DNA of 54,650 bases from Promethearchaeati archaeon (GTDB taxonomy: Archaea; Asgardarchaeota; Heimdallarchaeia; JABLTI01), in NCBI GenBank assembly GCA_013166835.1, contig JABLTI010000006.1, positions 1 through 54,650 on the forward strand, written 5' to 3'. Within the stretch, counting starts at the first letter, position 1; each line of letters starts with the position of its first letter. This document shows positions 8,756-18,704 of the stretch, piece after piece. Below the pieces are notes generated by a model. It ran no database searches and was not told where the DNA came from. It saw only the letters and a program-made list of their open reading frames with translations. The position numbers and the translations under genes are program-made.

Positions 8756-10870
8756 TCACATCCTTGTTATGTGTATCAATCCATAACTATCTACACTTGC
8801 TTTCCAATTTGGGTGAACAACAGTAGTAGTATCATATTGCTCTATTATTGCAGGTCCCTTAATCTCATTTTTTGCCAGAAGCTTTTCTCTGCTAAAAATA
8901 GGTGTTTGTTTAAATCCTTTTAATTCTTCAAAATAAACCTCTCGAGTAGTTAGTTGTGCTTCATCAATGGGTTTCGCTGTTCCTTCAGCGATTTTTACTA
9001 AGTGTGGTTTCTTGATCAGACCTAGGCTGTTTATCCTTATATTAACCATTTCAACTTCTTCTTCCTCAAGAATATAACCATATATTGAAAGGTGTTTTTC
9101 ATTGAAACGCTTCAAGATTTGATCTTTACAACTCTCTTCTTGAAGAGCAATTCCTTCTAAAGGTATAAGCAATTCAAATCCTTGACCAACATATCGCAAG
9201 TCAACAAATCTTTTGTGAGCAATACTTTTTGTTTTGAATCCCTCTTCTGTTAATACAGTAGTTCCTTGTTTTTCTAAGACTTGATATGCTAGCTCCAAGT
9301 CCGAATAATCAATATCAAAAAGCTTCTTTCTTATGGATTTAACATAAGTATGTTTTGCATCTGTAAAGAGTAACCCCATCGCAGAGAATAACCCGGGATT
9401 ATTTGGAATGATTATCTCATTTATTTTTAATTCCTCTGCTAAAGCACATGCGTGCAAAGGTCCTGCTCCACCAAAGGCATTCAGAATAAACTCTCGAGGA
9501 TCTAATCCCCTTTCAACTGTAACAATTCTTAATATTCTACTCATATTGTTATTTGCGATCTTTACTATGCCTAAAGCACTCTCAACCACAGCTAGTTTTA
9601 GTGGTTCTGCAATTTTCTTCAGAATGCTTTTTTCCGCTAATTTAGGATAAATTTTGAATGTCTTATTGAGCAATCCTTCGGGGTTAAGACGCCCAAGAAT
9701 AAGATTAGCATCTGTTATTGTTGGTTCTTTACCTTCTTGACCATAACAAGCTGGACCGGGATCAGCTCCTGCACTAATTGGTCCGACTCTTAGAGCACTC
9801 CCCTGATCGACCCAGGCAATAGAACCGCCACCTGATGAAATCTCTGCAAGATCAATAAATGGGAACCTTGCTGGATACCCACTTCCTTTTGTTATTCGTC
9901 CGCTATGAACATCTCCACCAACTTCATATTCAGAGGTTAGTGTAATTGATTTGTTCACAATAGTTCCTGCTTTGGCAGTTGTTCCTCCCATATCAAAGGA
10001 TATTATTTTGGATAAATCTAGAAAACTTGCTAAGAAACATGATGCAACTACCCCAGCTGAAGGACCACTTTCAATTATACTCACAGGTAATTTTTGTACT
10101 TGTTCTGACTTACTTACTCCACCACTACTTTGCATGATAAACATCGGTGCTGATATGCCTAGTTTCTTGAATGAATCTGTCAATGATTTTACATACCTCG
10201 AAACCATAGGCATTAATACAGAATTAATGGTGGTTGTACTTGTTCGTTCAAATTCTCTGTGTTCAGGAGACACTTCAAATCCTGCGGACAAGTAGAGATC
10301 TTTATGCTTTTTCACAAAATATTCTTTGATTTTTTGTTCATGTATTGAATTTTTATAAGAATGGAGGAGAGATATTGCTACGCTTTGTATTCCTTCAGTT
10401 TTAATATAATCACTAATGTTTGCTAGGTTATTCAGTTTTAACGGAGTAATGATTTCTCCTTGTGCATTTATTCGTTCATCTATTTCAAATCGATATTTTC
10501 TTGGAACAATTGGAGGTGGTCTATCGAAAAAGAAATCATACAAGGAAGCTCTTCTTTGTCTACCAATTTCTAGGACATCTCTGAACCCTTTTGTTGTAAT
10601 AAGAATGGTTTTTGGTAAATCCAAATTCACTTGCCCAAGGAAAGCATTAGTAGCGATTGTCGTTGCATGATACAACTGTTGTACATTAACTTTATCTGCA
10701 TCTGACAATTGTTTTTGTAGAGAATTAATGATTGCTTCTTCTGGTTTTTTCGGAGTTGTTGAAACTTTGACTTGATTGTAGATTAAACCAGTTTCTTTAT
10801 CTTGGATTATGATATCTGTAAAAGTACCGCCAATATCGATTCCAATAGATATTTTTGACACGATAATCAT
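8756..10870 (-). CDS. hyuA: Hydantoinase A / 5-oxoprolinase ATP-dependent subunit
   Basis: GIDIGGTFTD, SGPSAGV, FDMGGTTAK, SAGADPGPACYG, FGGAGPLHA motifs; adjacent to the B subunit. Confidence 0.93.
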   Translation of the reverse strand: MIIVSKISIGIDIGGTFTDIIIQDKETGLIYNQVKVSTTPKKPEEAIINSLQKQLSDADKVNVQQLYHATTIATNAFLGQVNLDLPKTILITTKGFRDVLEIGRQRRASLYDFFFDRPPPIVPRKYRFEIDERINAQGEIITPLKLNNLANISDYIKTEGIQSVAISLLHSYKNSIHEQKIKEYFVKKHKDLYLSAGFEVSPEHREFERTSTTTINSVLMPMVSRYVKSLTDSFKKLGISAPMFIMQSSGGVSKSEQVQKLPVSIIESGPSAGVVASCFLASFLDLSKIISFDMGGTTAKAGTIVNKSITLTSEYEVGGDVHSGRITKGSGYPARFPFIDLAEISSGGGSIAWVDQGSALRVGPISAGADPGPACYGQEGKEPTITDANLILGRLNPEGLLNKTFKIYPKLAEKSILKKIAEPLKLAVVESALGIVKIANNNMSRILRIVTVERGLDPREFILNAFGGAGPLHACALAEELKINEIIIPNNPGLFSAMGLLFTDAKHTYVKSIRKKLFDIDYSDLELAYQVLEKQGTTVLTEEGFKTKSIAHKRFVDLRYVGQGFELLIPLEGIALQEESCKDQILKRFNEKHLSIYGYILEEEEVEMVNIRINSLGLIKKPHLVKIAEGTAKPIDEAQLTTREVYFEELKGFKQTPIFSREKLLAKNEIKGPAIIEQYDTTTVVHPNWKASVDSYGLIHITRM

Positions 10871-11010
10871 CTTCTGTTATAGGAAGTTTCAATTTTGCTG
10901 TTTTTAGATTTTTTGTGAGCTATCATCTGAGGAACTTTTTTTAAAAAATCAATCTATATAGTAATAAGGAATCTATTTTATTCAATGAAATTCTTGCCTG
11001 GTGATTTTAT

Positions 11011-11898
11011 ATGAAAAAACCAATACTAGAGATATTAAAAGAACGAGCAATTTTCTTTGATGGAGCAATGGGCACTGAGTTGATCGAAAGAGGCATTGTT
11101 CTTGGTGATTCGGCGGAAAGATTCTCACCATATTTCTCGGAGATAATCACTGAAATTCATAAAGCATATTTCGATGCGGGGTCAGATGTTATTCAAACAA
11201 ACACTTATGGCGCAAATCGAATTAGTTTAGGGTCTAAGCTTGAAAACAAAATCGAGCTTATTAATTTACGACAAGTTGAATTAGCAAATACTATTTGTCC
11301 AAAGAACGGTTATGTTGCTGGAAATATTGGTCCAAGCGCTGTTCTTTTGGAAAAAGATGGTGGCGAGTACACAATCAATATGATCCAAGAGGCAATTGAT
11401 GAACAAGTGAAAGCACTAGCGAAAGGTGGCGTTGATTTATTCAGTATAGAAACTATGTATTACCTGGAAGAAGCTCTTGCAGCGATTGCTGCTATAAAAG
11501 AGAATTCTGATGCACCAATTTTTGTTGGCATGACTTTTGATAAAGTAGCTGAAGGATGCAGAACACCAATTGATGACAAAAAAGTAGATGAATGTATTAA
11601 GGCTCTCGAAAAAGCCGGAGCAGATGCTGTTGGTTGTGGCTGCACTTTAGGTAGTTTTGAGATGCTTGGTTTGGCTAAAGAGTTAAAAAAAGCAGCAACT
11701 AAACCTGTAATTGTTCAACCTACAGCTGGAGCTCCTCTCACTGTTGCTGGTAAAAATCTATACCCAATAAATCCAGAAAGATTTGCTAAAGATATGTTAG
11801 AAATGCGAAAAATAGGTGTAGAAATCTTTGGCGGATGTTGTGGAACAACCCACAAACACATTTCAAAAATGATTGAGACTCTTAAAAAACACAAATAA
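11011..11898 (+). CDS. Stand-alone homocysteine S-methyltransferase (MetH Hcy-binding) domain protein
   Basis: FDGAMGTEL, IHKAYFDAGSDVIQTNTYGAN, IETM and GGCCGTT Zn-binding motif. Confidence 0.9.
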   Translation: MKKPILEILKERAIFFDGAMGTELIERGIVLGDSAERFSPYFSEIITEIHKAYFDAGSDVIQTNTYGANRISLGSKLENKIELINLRQVELANTICPKNGYVAGNIGPSAVLLEKDGGEYTINMIQEAIDEQVKALAKGGVDLFSIETMYYLEEALAAIAAIKENSDAPIFVGMTFDKVAEGCRTPIDDKKVDECIKALEKAGADAVGCGCTLGSFEMLGLAKELKKAATKPVIVQPTAGAPLTVAGKNLYPINPERFAKDMLEMRKIGVEIFGGCCGTTHKHISKMIETLKKHK

Positions 11899-11912
11899 AT
11901 TCTCATCCCATT

Positions 11913-11957
11913 GAAGTCGGGGGTGAAACTCAACCTCCGACACTTCTCTGTTTTTTT
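11913..11957 (+). terminator. Imperfect GC-rich hairpin followed by a T run
   Basis: GAAGTCGGGGGTGA-aac-TCAACCTCCGACACTTC then TTTTTTT, 15 nt after the methyltransferase stop codon. Confidence 0.45.
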
Positions 11958-12104
11958 CCTCCACTTTCCAAAGTATAGTTTTTCTTGAAAATTTCACTAA
12001 CAAAATTGTTAGTCATTTAATATTTTACATACTATATTATACGTAAGGTATAAGAACTTTTGAAGTGTCTTTGTTATTTATAAGAAAAATAGGAGCACGA
12101 TTAA

Positions 12105-12875
12105 TTGAGTTATGACAAATCTATGATTGAAGAAGTTGAAGGTTCCGATTTTGCTAAGTGTATTTGTTTAACAGATATCAACGTCAAAACAGTTATTATC
12201 GGTTTTCCTGGCATGGGATTAGTAGGAGCTATTGCTGCCCAACACATAAGTGAGAAATTAAAGCTTGATACAATTGGTTTCATAGAAGGAACCGCTATTC
12301 CACCTGTTGCAGTTTTCTTAGATGGTTATTTGCGTCATCCTTACAGAATAATGGGCAAAAAAGATTCTGAAATAGCGGTATTCATAGGCGAAAGTGTAGT
12401 AACACCTGAAGGAGCATATCACATAGCAAAAGCAATAATGAATTGGGCTGAAAAGCATGGAGCAAAAGAAATTATTGCATTAGATGGTTTTCCATTTTTG
12501 GATCCAAAAGATGAATCAAAAGTCTACATGGTTGCAGAGCCGGAGATAAAAGAGAAAGCAGAGAAACTCAAAATTCCGCCACTAAGAAGTGGATTTATTA
12601 GAGGATTCGCTGGAGCAATGTTGAATAAAACTATGATCAGTTCAGTAGATGGGTTTGCATTTTTAGTTGGAACCCGACCTGATTTACCTGATCCTGGAGG
12701 AGCTGCCTCTCTTATTAAAACAGTTAATACTTACAAAGGTACAGATATCAATGTAGATACTCTTATGGAGCAATCCGATTCAATAAAGAAGAAGCTCGCA
12801 GAGCTTGCACTACAAACCCAAGATATGAATGTCCAACCACCTGGACCAAAAAGAAAGAGCACTTTCTATACCTAG
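12105..12875 (+). CDS. PAC2-family proteasome assembly chaperone (PbaA/PbaB-like) with C-terminal HbYX
   Basis: GFPGMGLVGAIAA, PYRI, PDPGGAA motifs; ends in F-Y-T; AGGAG SD before a TTG start. Confidence 0.88.
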   Translation: MSYDKSMIEEVEGSDFAKCICLTDINVKTVIIGFPGMGLVGAIAAQHISEKLKLDTIGFIEGTAIPPVAVFLDGYLRHPYRIMGKKDSEIAVFIGESVVTPEGAYHIAKAIMNWAEKHGAKEIIALDGFPFLDPKDESKVYMVAEPEIKEKAEKLKIPPLRSGFIRGFAGAMLNKTMISSVDGFAFLVGTRPDLPDPGGAASLIKTVNTYKGTDINVDTLMEQSDSIKKKLAELALQTQDMNVQPPGPKRKSTFYT

Positions 12876-13007
12876 TTGGATTTTCTCCAACTTTTTTCAT
12901 TTTTCTTTATTTGAGTAGTTTATTTTGTTAACGATAGTTATTTTAGTTGTCAAATTTATGGTATTATTACAAGATGGTTTAGTCAAACCACTTTCGAGGA
13001 TTCAACA

Positions 13008-13598
13008 TTGACAGATGAAATTTTATCTTTTCTCCAAGAAGCACTTCGATTAAAACGAACGGTTAGAAGTGGCTGGATTTATTCAGGAGTCTCTAAAGCT
13101 GATACAGAAAGTGTAGCAGATCATAGTTATATGATAACTCTTCTTACACTAATTCTGGCAGTAAAAGAAAAAGAGAAGGGAAATAATATTGACATTGAGA
13201 AAACTCTTGTTATGGCTATACTTCATGATTTACCCGAAAGTGTTTCACAAGATCTAGATAGAAGAATTCGCAAGTATTCACCTAAGAAATATGATGAATT
13301 TAAAAATGATTTAGATAAGGAAGCAATAAAACATCTCTTTGATAATCTTCCTGGAAAAACTAGTGATTATTTGCTTGAAATTTTTCAAGAATTTCATGCG
13401 AAAAAATCTCCGGAAGCGAGGATTGTATTGGAAGCAGATCGATTGGAAACCATTCTACAGATGAATGACTATATTCAACGTGGGTACCCTCGAGAGCTTT
13501 TCAGTGAATTCATTAAAAATTTCTCTGAGGAAGTTGATGATTATAAGAATGAGGATGTTAAAGATATAGCAAAACATTTACTGGAGGGCACAAAATAA
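13008..13598 (+). CDS. HD-domain hydrolase (YfbR/HDDC2-like 5'-deoxynucleotidase)
   Basis: LKRTVRSGW, ESVADHSY, LHDLPE and ADRLE motifs. Confidence 0.88.
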   Translation: MTDEILSFLQEALRLKRTVRSGWIYSGVSKADTESVADHSYMITLLTLILAVKEKEKGNNIDIEKTLVMAILHDLPESVSQDLDRRIRKYSPKKYDEFKNDLDKEAIKHLFDNLPGKTSDYLLEIFQEFHAKKSPEARIVLEADRLETILQMNDYIQRGYPRELFSEFIKNFSEEVDDYKNEDVKDIAKHLLEGTK

Positions 13599-13599
13599 A

Positions 13600-14343
13600 T
13601 TGAATAAAGAAAGCTATGTAAATAGTCGTTATTCCCGTTTTGCAGCTATACCCTCAATAGGAGCTGGTGGGGTCGATAAAATTAGAAAAGCTAAGGTAAC
13701 GGTTGTTGGTGCAGGCGGATTAGGTTCTGTAACCGCTCCACAACTAGTTGCTTTAGGAGTAAAATTTTTGCGAATTATTGATCAAGATGTTGTTGAACTC
13801 TCGAATCTTCAACGTCAAACATTATATCGAAAAAATGATATCGGAAAATCGAAAGCAAAAATTGCTAAGAAATTCTTAGAAGAACTAAACCCAGAAGTAG
13901 AAATAGAAGCCATTAATGATAATGTAACAGAGAAAAATGCCCGTACTGCTACTGATTCTGTGGATTTTGTTGTAGATGCTGTAGACAGGTTTACTCCTCG
14001 GTTTGCACTAAATAAAGCGTGCTTAGAGGAGAATATCCCTTATTTGTTTGGTGCAGTTAGTGGAATGTCTGGGAATATCATGACCGTTATGAGAGGAACG
14101 ACCTGTGTGGAATGTATTTTCAGTCAAGCTGATGATTCTAAACTCCCCACATCATTAGAGGTTGGTATTCATCCCTCTATAATCAATATTATTGGTAGCT
14201 TGCAAATTTCTGAGGCAACTAGAATTATGTTAAAAGAGCAACCAGTACTCCTAAACAAATTACATTTCTGTGATATTGGTACAATGCAATTTGAAACTTT
14301 GAATGTTAAAACTCGAGATGATTGTTTCTGTTCGAAATATTAA
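13600..14343 (+). CDS. ThiF/MoeB/E1-like adenylyltransferase
   Basis: RYSR, VVGAGGLGS, IIDQDVVELSNLQRQ, CVEC and C-terminal CFC; GGAGG SD. Confidence 0.9.
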   Translation: MNKESYVNSRYSRFAAIPSIGAGGVDKIRKAKVTVVGAGGLGSVTAPQLVALGVKFLRIIDQDVVELSNLQRQTLYRKNDIGKSKAKIAKKFLEELNPEVEIEAINDNVTEKNARTATDSVDFVVDAVDRFTPRFALNKACLEENIPYLFGAVSGMSGNIMTVMRGTTCVECIFSQADDSKLPTSLEVGIHPSIINIIGSLQISEATRIMLKEQPVLLNKLHFCDIGTMQFETLNVKTRDDCFCSKY

Positions 14344-14386
14344 AAGTAAAGATTTAGAAAATAAGGTAAATGTGAAACTCATAGTT

Positions 14387-14605
14387 CTAGACTATAAATC
14401 CACTGTTTACAAAAAACATGAATATAGACATTCCAATAAACATTGAAGCGGCAATTGCTCGTGCAATTGAACCTCTAAAGGATCGATCAGGATCTGCTTC
14501 TTGATAAATTATTAGCCACACTAATGCTACTAATCCTAAGATTAGGAATATAATTCCAAATGCTAATAATCCTTTTGGACCGAGGAATGCTGTGAAATCT
14601 TTCAT
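14387..14605 (-). CDS. ost5: OST5/TMEM258-like oligosaccharyltransferase small subunit (72 aa)
   Basis: Two TM helices. End-to-end colinear with TMEM258 as I recall it (FT..GP.....L..G.....W...Y....R......AS.F.G.........G..V). GGTGA SD precedes ATG at 14605. Confidence 0.7.
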   Translation of the reverse strand: MKDFTAFLGPKGLLAFGIIFLILGLVALVWLIIYQEADPDRSFRGSIARAIAASMFIGMSIFMFFVNSGFIV

Positions 14606-14699
14606 ATGTCTTTTCACCTATTTCATTGCTGTTATAAAGATTATATTAAAATCTTTCTAGAACATTAAGAATAAAAAAAAGGATGAGTTATATACTAAC

Positions 14700-16838
14700 T
14701 CAGGACTTTTCATCTAATTCGTATGGATAGAATTTTCTGTTAAGGGAATCTTTCAGTGGTCGTTGACTAATAATTAAAATCACTGTGAGAATTAGGAGTA
14801 ATCCAATGAGTCCTATTTCAATGCCTAGTACATAGTTTTCTGCTAGTCCTATTCCACTCGCAATAGTTGTATTAAGGGTAGTGAAGATATCAACGATTGG
14901 AAATATTCCAAATAGAACAGCTAGTAAACCTGTGATTTTTGCCCCTATGCAATTTCTAACTTTCACTGGTGCATTTATGCTGAAAATATTCTTTTTATTG
15001 TACCAGAATCCTAGTTTTCCAGTTATTTTCCCTCTTCTTGCGAGAGGTGTTATACTAAATTCAACGACGGTCATCTTTTCACTACTTAAATCAACAACTT
15101 CATCTTGTGGTGTTACATGACAACCAGGGAAAACTGGCACCAGTTTTATTTCTTTCAAATTATCTGAATTCTTAGTATCAGCTGGTGGGATTCTTACAAT
15201 TAATGGAAATACTTTTTGTGGATACATTCGCTTATAGTATTCAAGTCCGATAGTTCTTTGGAATACTTTCTCAGTTGCTTTTTCTTCTGCTTTTAATGCA
15301 TGTTCCAAACTTACTAGTTCTTTTTTCCTGATTTCTAGTCGTTCTTCAAGCGAAAACATTTCATCTCTTTCTGGTGTTGTTTCACTCAGATCTTCAGTAA
15401 TTGGTCTATCGATAAGAGAAGATTCTTCAATAACATCCTCATGAAGTGTGGTATCTTCAACAACTTGTTCTAGTTCATCTGTTTCTGTTATTTCCACTAC
15501 TTCTTCCATAATATAGGGAATTTCTTCTTCTGTAACTGGCAAATCACTTATTTGCTCTTCACCTAATGGTTCTTCTTCTTCCTCAACCACAGGCAAATCA
15601 TAAGAAACAAACTCCCCATCTTCCTCTTCAATTATGCTATCATCAAAAGATTCTGTTAATTCGCTCTCAGCTGTCTCTTCAACAGAGACTTCTTCATCTG
15701 GATCAACTTCTTCAAGGGAGCCTTCTCTAAATGATTGTTCTTCTTTTTCAGCTACAAAAATATCATTGAACACTTCTTCTACAACGGATTTTTCTATAGT
15801 TGATTTGGTTTCAATCGTTACGTCTTCAGTTTCAATTGGTACTTCCTCAGTAGCTTCAAGAACTCCTTCTACCTCTTTCTCAACTTCAAATTCATCTATT
15901 TCATTACTAACAGATATTTCATCCATCAAAGATTCTATGGATTCAACAGGAATGATTTCTTCTTCTGGTTCTTCTTCGAGAACTTCTGCAGGTATTTGCC
16001 AAGGATATGTTGGTTCTTCTTTTGGTTTGTCTTCAATTGGTTGAGTTAAATATGATTCAGCTTCGATATCACCACTCGTTTCTGTTTCGACGATATCAGC
16101 AACGCCATCCTCCATAATTGGAGGTTCTTCTTCTGATGGGAACGTTCTTTCAACATAATGGTCGGTAATTTGGTCAACCTCTGATTTTTCTTTTTGACTG
16201 GATTCTAAGAGTTTCTTTGTCATATCAATAATTTCTGTTTCATCAAGTTGTGGTGGATACACCATAGGCTCTGGTGGAGCATCGGTTACGGTTGGACCAT
16301 CTTCTAATGTTTTTACAGGTTCAACCAGAGGATCCCCAAGATCTTTACCCACAATTCGATAGAAATTTCCCCAAGAATTCAACACAAAAGCAGTAGGCAT
16401 ACTAAAGACTTCATAATCTATAACCTGCCCATCTTGTCGTTCTATAGAAACATCCCTTATAGAAACTGAGAAACTTTTACAAGCAGTTCGAAATGTTGCT
16501 GCAAAAGGTATTGCTTCTGGAACATCGAGGTCAATAATATAATCTCCATGATGAAAAGTGACTATACTTGATTCTCCTGCATAGTATTGTGAGCCGTATT
16601 TTTGAATTAAAAAGTCAATTGTTGAGTATTGATTATCTATAACAACGATTTCTCCCAAGATATCTATTACAGCGATTACTCGAGGGTGAATACTCAAAGT
16701 TGTTCTTAATTCATCTAATATTTGTATTAGTAATGTACCCCTTGGTACTTTAAATGTAAAATCCACTACTTCTGAGTCTATTAGAACTTTAAATTCTAAT
16801 TGATGTATAAAGCCACTCAAATCTAAGACCTCTTTCAC
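14700..16838 (-). CDS. Membrane-anchored protein: two UFM1-like beta-grasp domains, long acidic linker, Ig-like domain, two C-terminal TM helices
   Basis: aa 91-164 LDVPEAIPFAATFRTACKSFSV...I...DGQVI...V...WG...RIVG resembles UFM1; aa 14-88 is a weaker copy (KVP...KYGSQ). E/D-rich middle; hydrophobic C-terminal hairpin. Confidence 0.7.
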   Translation of the reverse strand: MKEVLDLSGFIHQLEFKVLIDSEVVDFTFKVPRGTLLIQILDELRTTLSIHPRVIAVIDILGEIVVIDNQYSTIDFLIQKYGSQYYAGESSIVTFHHGDYIIDLDVPEAIPFAATFRTACKSFSVSIRDVSIERQDGQVIDYEVFSMPTAFVLNSWGNFYRIVGKDLGDPLVEPVKTLEDGPTVTDAPPEPMVYPPQLDETEIIDMTKKLLESSQKEKSEVDQITDHYVERTFPSEEEPPIMEDGVADIVETETSGDIEAESYLTQPIEDKPKEEPTYPWQIPAEVLEEEPEEEIIPVESIESLMDEISVSNEIDEFEVEKEVEGVLEATEEVPIETEDVTIETKSTIEKSVVEEVFNDIFVAEKEEQSFREGSLEEVDPDEEVSVEETAESELTESFDDSIIEEEDGEFVSYDLPVVEEEEEPLGEEQISDLPVTEEEIPYIMEEVVEITETDELEQVVEDTTLHEDVIEESSLIDRPITEDLSETTPERDEMFSLEERLEIRKKELVSLEHALKAEEKATEKVFQRTIGLEYYKRMYPQKVFPLIVRIPPADTKNSDNLKEIKLVPVFPGCHVTPQDEVVDLSSEKMTVVEFSITPLARRGKITGKLGFWYNKKNIFSINAPVKVRNCIGAKITGLLAVLFGIFPIVDIFTTLNTTIASGIGLAENYVLGIEIGLIGLLLILTVILIISQRPLKDSLNRKFYPYELDEKS

Positions 16839-16952
16839 ATAATACTATTATATTATTTATATTACCTTCGAATGTTAGAATCTTTCGTATAGAATACTTT
16901 TTGTATGTTGTCTATTTTAATCTTCTAGTATAAACAAAAGGAGAAAAATCTC

Positions 16953-18683
16953 TTGAGAGAGAAAAAGACATCAGATATGGAAGTCCTAAAAGTGGAATCC
17001 ATTCACGATGAATCCTTCAGTTCATACCTCTTAAGACCTTACAATAAACTTCTCAATAAGAAAATTTTCAACAAAATTTTCAGTTCTTTACCTTTAGTTG
17101 CAATAATTATCGGATCTTTAATTGTGCGAGTCATAGCTGCAGGCGAATCACAAGGATTCGTTCATCCTGATGAGGTTTTTCAAGCAATTGAAATGGTTCA
17201 TTTCAGGATATTTGGAGAATTTGGCACAGGACAAACAATTCCTTGGGAATATGATTTAAATAAAGCCTATGGGGGAGCTCGATCTTGGTTTTTTGTCTTT
17301 ATACTTGTAGCAGTCTATAGAATTGCAATGTTTTTTGGCATTACTGATCCTTTAAGTTTAATCTTTGTTGCCAGATTATTCCTTGCTTCATTCTCAATTG
17401 TGTCTGTTATCGTCTCTTACTTTTTTGGCAAGGAAATATTTAACAAAAGAATTGGTTTATTGAGTGCATTTCTGGTTGGTTTCTGGTGGTTCTTTCCTTT
17501 TTGGTCTAGTAGAACCATGACGGATTCTATTTCAACAGATCTTATTTTTCTAAGTATTTTTCTTGCATATAAAGCATTAAAAAATGAAACATCATCCAAG
17601 AGACGATTTCTCTTAGCGTTTTCGTCAGGTATTTTTACAGGCTTGTCTTTTATGATTCGTTTCCCCTCTGCTCTAATGGGAATACCCATCATTCTTGTAT
17701 TGTGGGCAAAACCAATCCGCGAGTTAATAATAAATTTCATTAGAAGAATAAGAAATTTTATCACAAGGGTTTCAAAGAATCCTAGAGAAGAATTTCTGGA
17801 AACAAAATTTTCTGCAAATATGACTAAAGAGCTCGCAATAGGTGGAGGATTCATAATCGGATCTTTCTTTATGGTTTTAATGCAAGGATTACTTGATCTA
17901 TTTACCTGGGGTAGTTTTCTTCATTCACCAATCAATTTTTTCAAATATAACATAGTAGAAGGATTAAGCGCCATGCATGGTTCGAGTCCATGGTATACCT
18001 ATTTTGCTGGTTTCTTTACAGATTTTGCTTATTACTTTGTACCTTTGCTTCTTATGTTCTTCATTTTTGGTTTTAGTTATAAGAGAAAAATCAAAACAAA
18101 GATAATGATTTTGAGTATCATTATGTTTTGGATTGTTGTCTTTTCTTCTCTCGCCCATAAAGAATTCAGATTTATTATGACCATTCTTCCTTTGTGTATG
18201 ATAATGGTTGCTGCAGGCATCCAGAGAGTAGTTGTTACACTGCAATCAAAAAGAAATCAACATATTCTTCTGAGTTTCATTTTAATCTTTTTAGGATCAA
18301 CATCTTTTTTCCTTGCAAATTACAATTACAAATATATGTGGAAATGGAATTCTGGTGTTTGTAATGCGATGTATTGGGTGGGAGAACAAGAAGATGTAGA
18401 AACAGTTATTGTGTTTGAAACGGTGTGGTACACTGGTGGATATGCCTATCTTGACGTAAATGTGACATGTTATTTTCTGAAGATAAGTTACTATTTCTTA
18501 CCTCCAAGTCATGCTTATAATTCAAGCTATTTTAGATATCTGTACAGTCAAAAAGGTACATATGTTATAGTGCGGGATTACGAGCTTTCCATTATTGAAC
18601 CTATAATAACAGATCTAAATATGACAATGGTTGCTAATGTTTCCGGTTATCCTTATGCTAAAGTCTTCACCCAAGCAAGCTGA
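16953..18683 (+). CDS. GT22-family (PIG-B/Alg9-like) GT-C membrane mannosyltransferase
   Basis: FVHPDEVFQAIE.VH...G...IPWEY and HKEFRF motifs; many TM helices. Confidence 0.85.
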   Translation: MREKKTSDMEVLKVESIHDESFSSYLLRPYNKLLNKKIFNKIFSSLPLVAIIIGSLIVRVIAAGESQGFVHPDEVFQAIEMVHFRIFGEFGTGQTIPWEYDLNKAYGGARSWFFVFILVAVYRIAMFFGITDPLSLIFVARLFLASFSIVSVIVSYFFGKEIFNKRIGLLSAFLVGFWWFFPFWSSRTMTDSISTDLIFLSIFLAYKALKNETSSKRRFLLAFSSGIFTGLSFMIRFPSALMGIPIILVLWAKPIRELIINFIRRIRNFITRVSKNPREEFLETKFSANMTKELAIGGGFIIGSFFMVLMQGLLDLFTWGSFLHSPINFFKYNIVEGLSAMHGSSPWYTYFAGFFTDFAYYFVPLLLMFFIFGFSYKRKIKTKIMILSIIMFWIVVFSSLAHKEFRFIMTILPLCMIMVAAGIQRVVVTLQSKRNQHILLSFILIFLGSTSFFLANYNYKYMWKWNSGVCNAMYWVGEQEDVETVIVFETVWYTGGYAYLDVNVTCYFLKISYYFLPPSHAYNSSYFRYLYSQKGTYVIVRDYELSIIEPIITDLNMTMVANVSGYPYAKVFTQAS

Positions 18684-18704
18684 TTTCATAAAGATATTTT
18701 ATTA

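Noticed and set aside
15300-16300. Repetitive TCTTCT/GAAGAA-rich DNA, considered as a tandem repeat or CRISPR array
   Set aside because: Explained by Glu-rich linker codons; no fixed repeat-spacer period.
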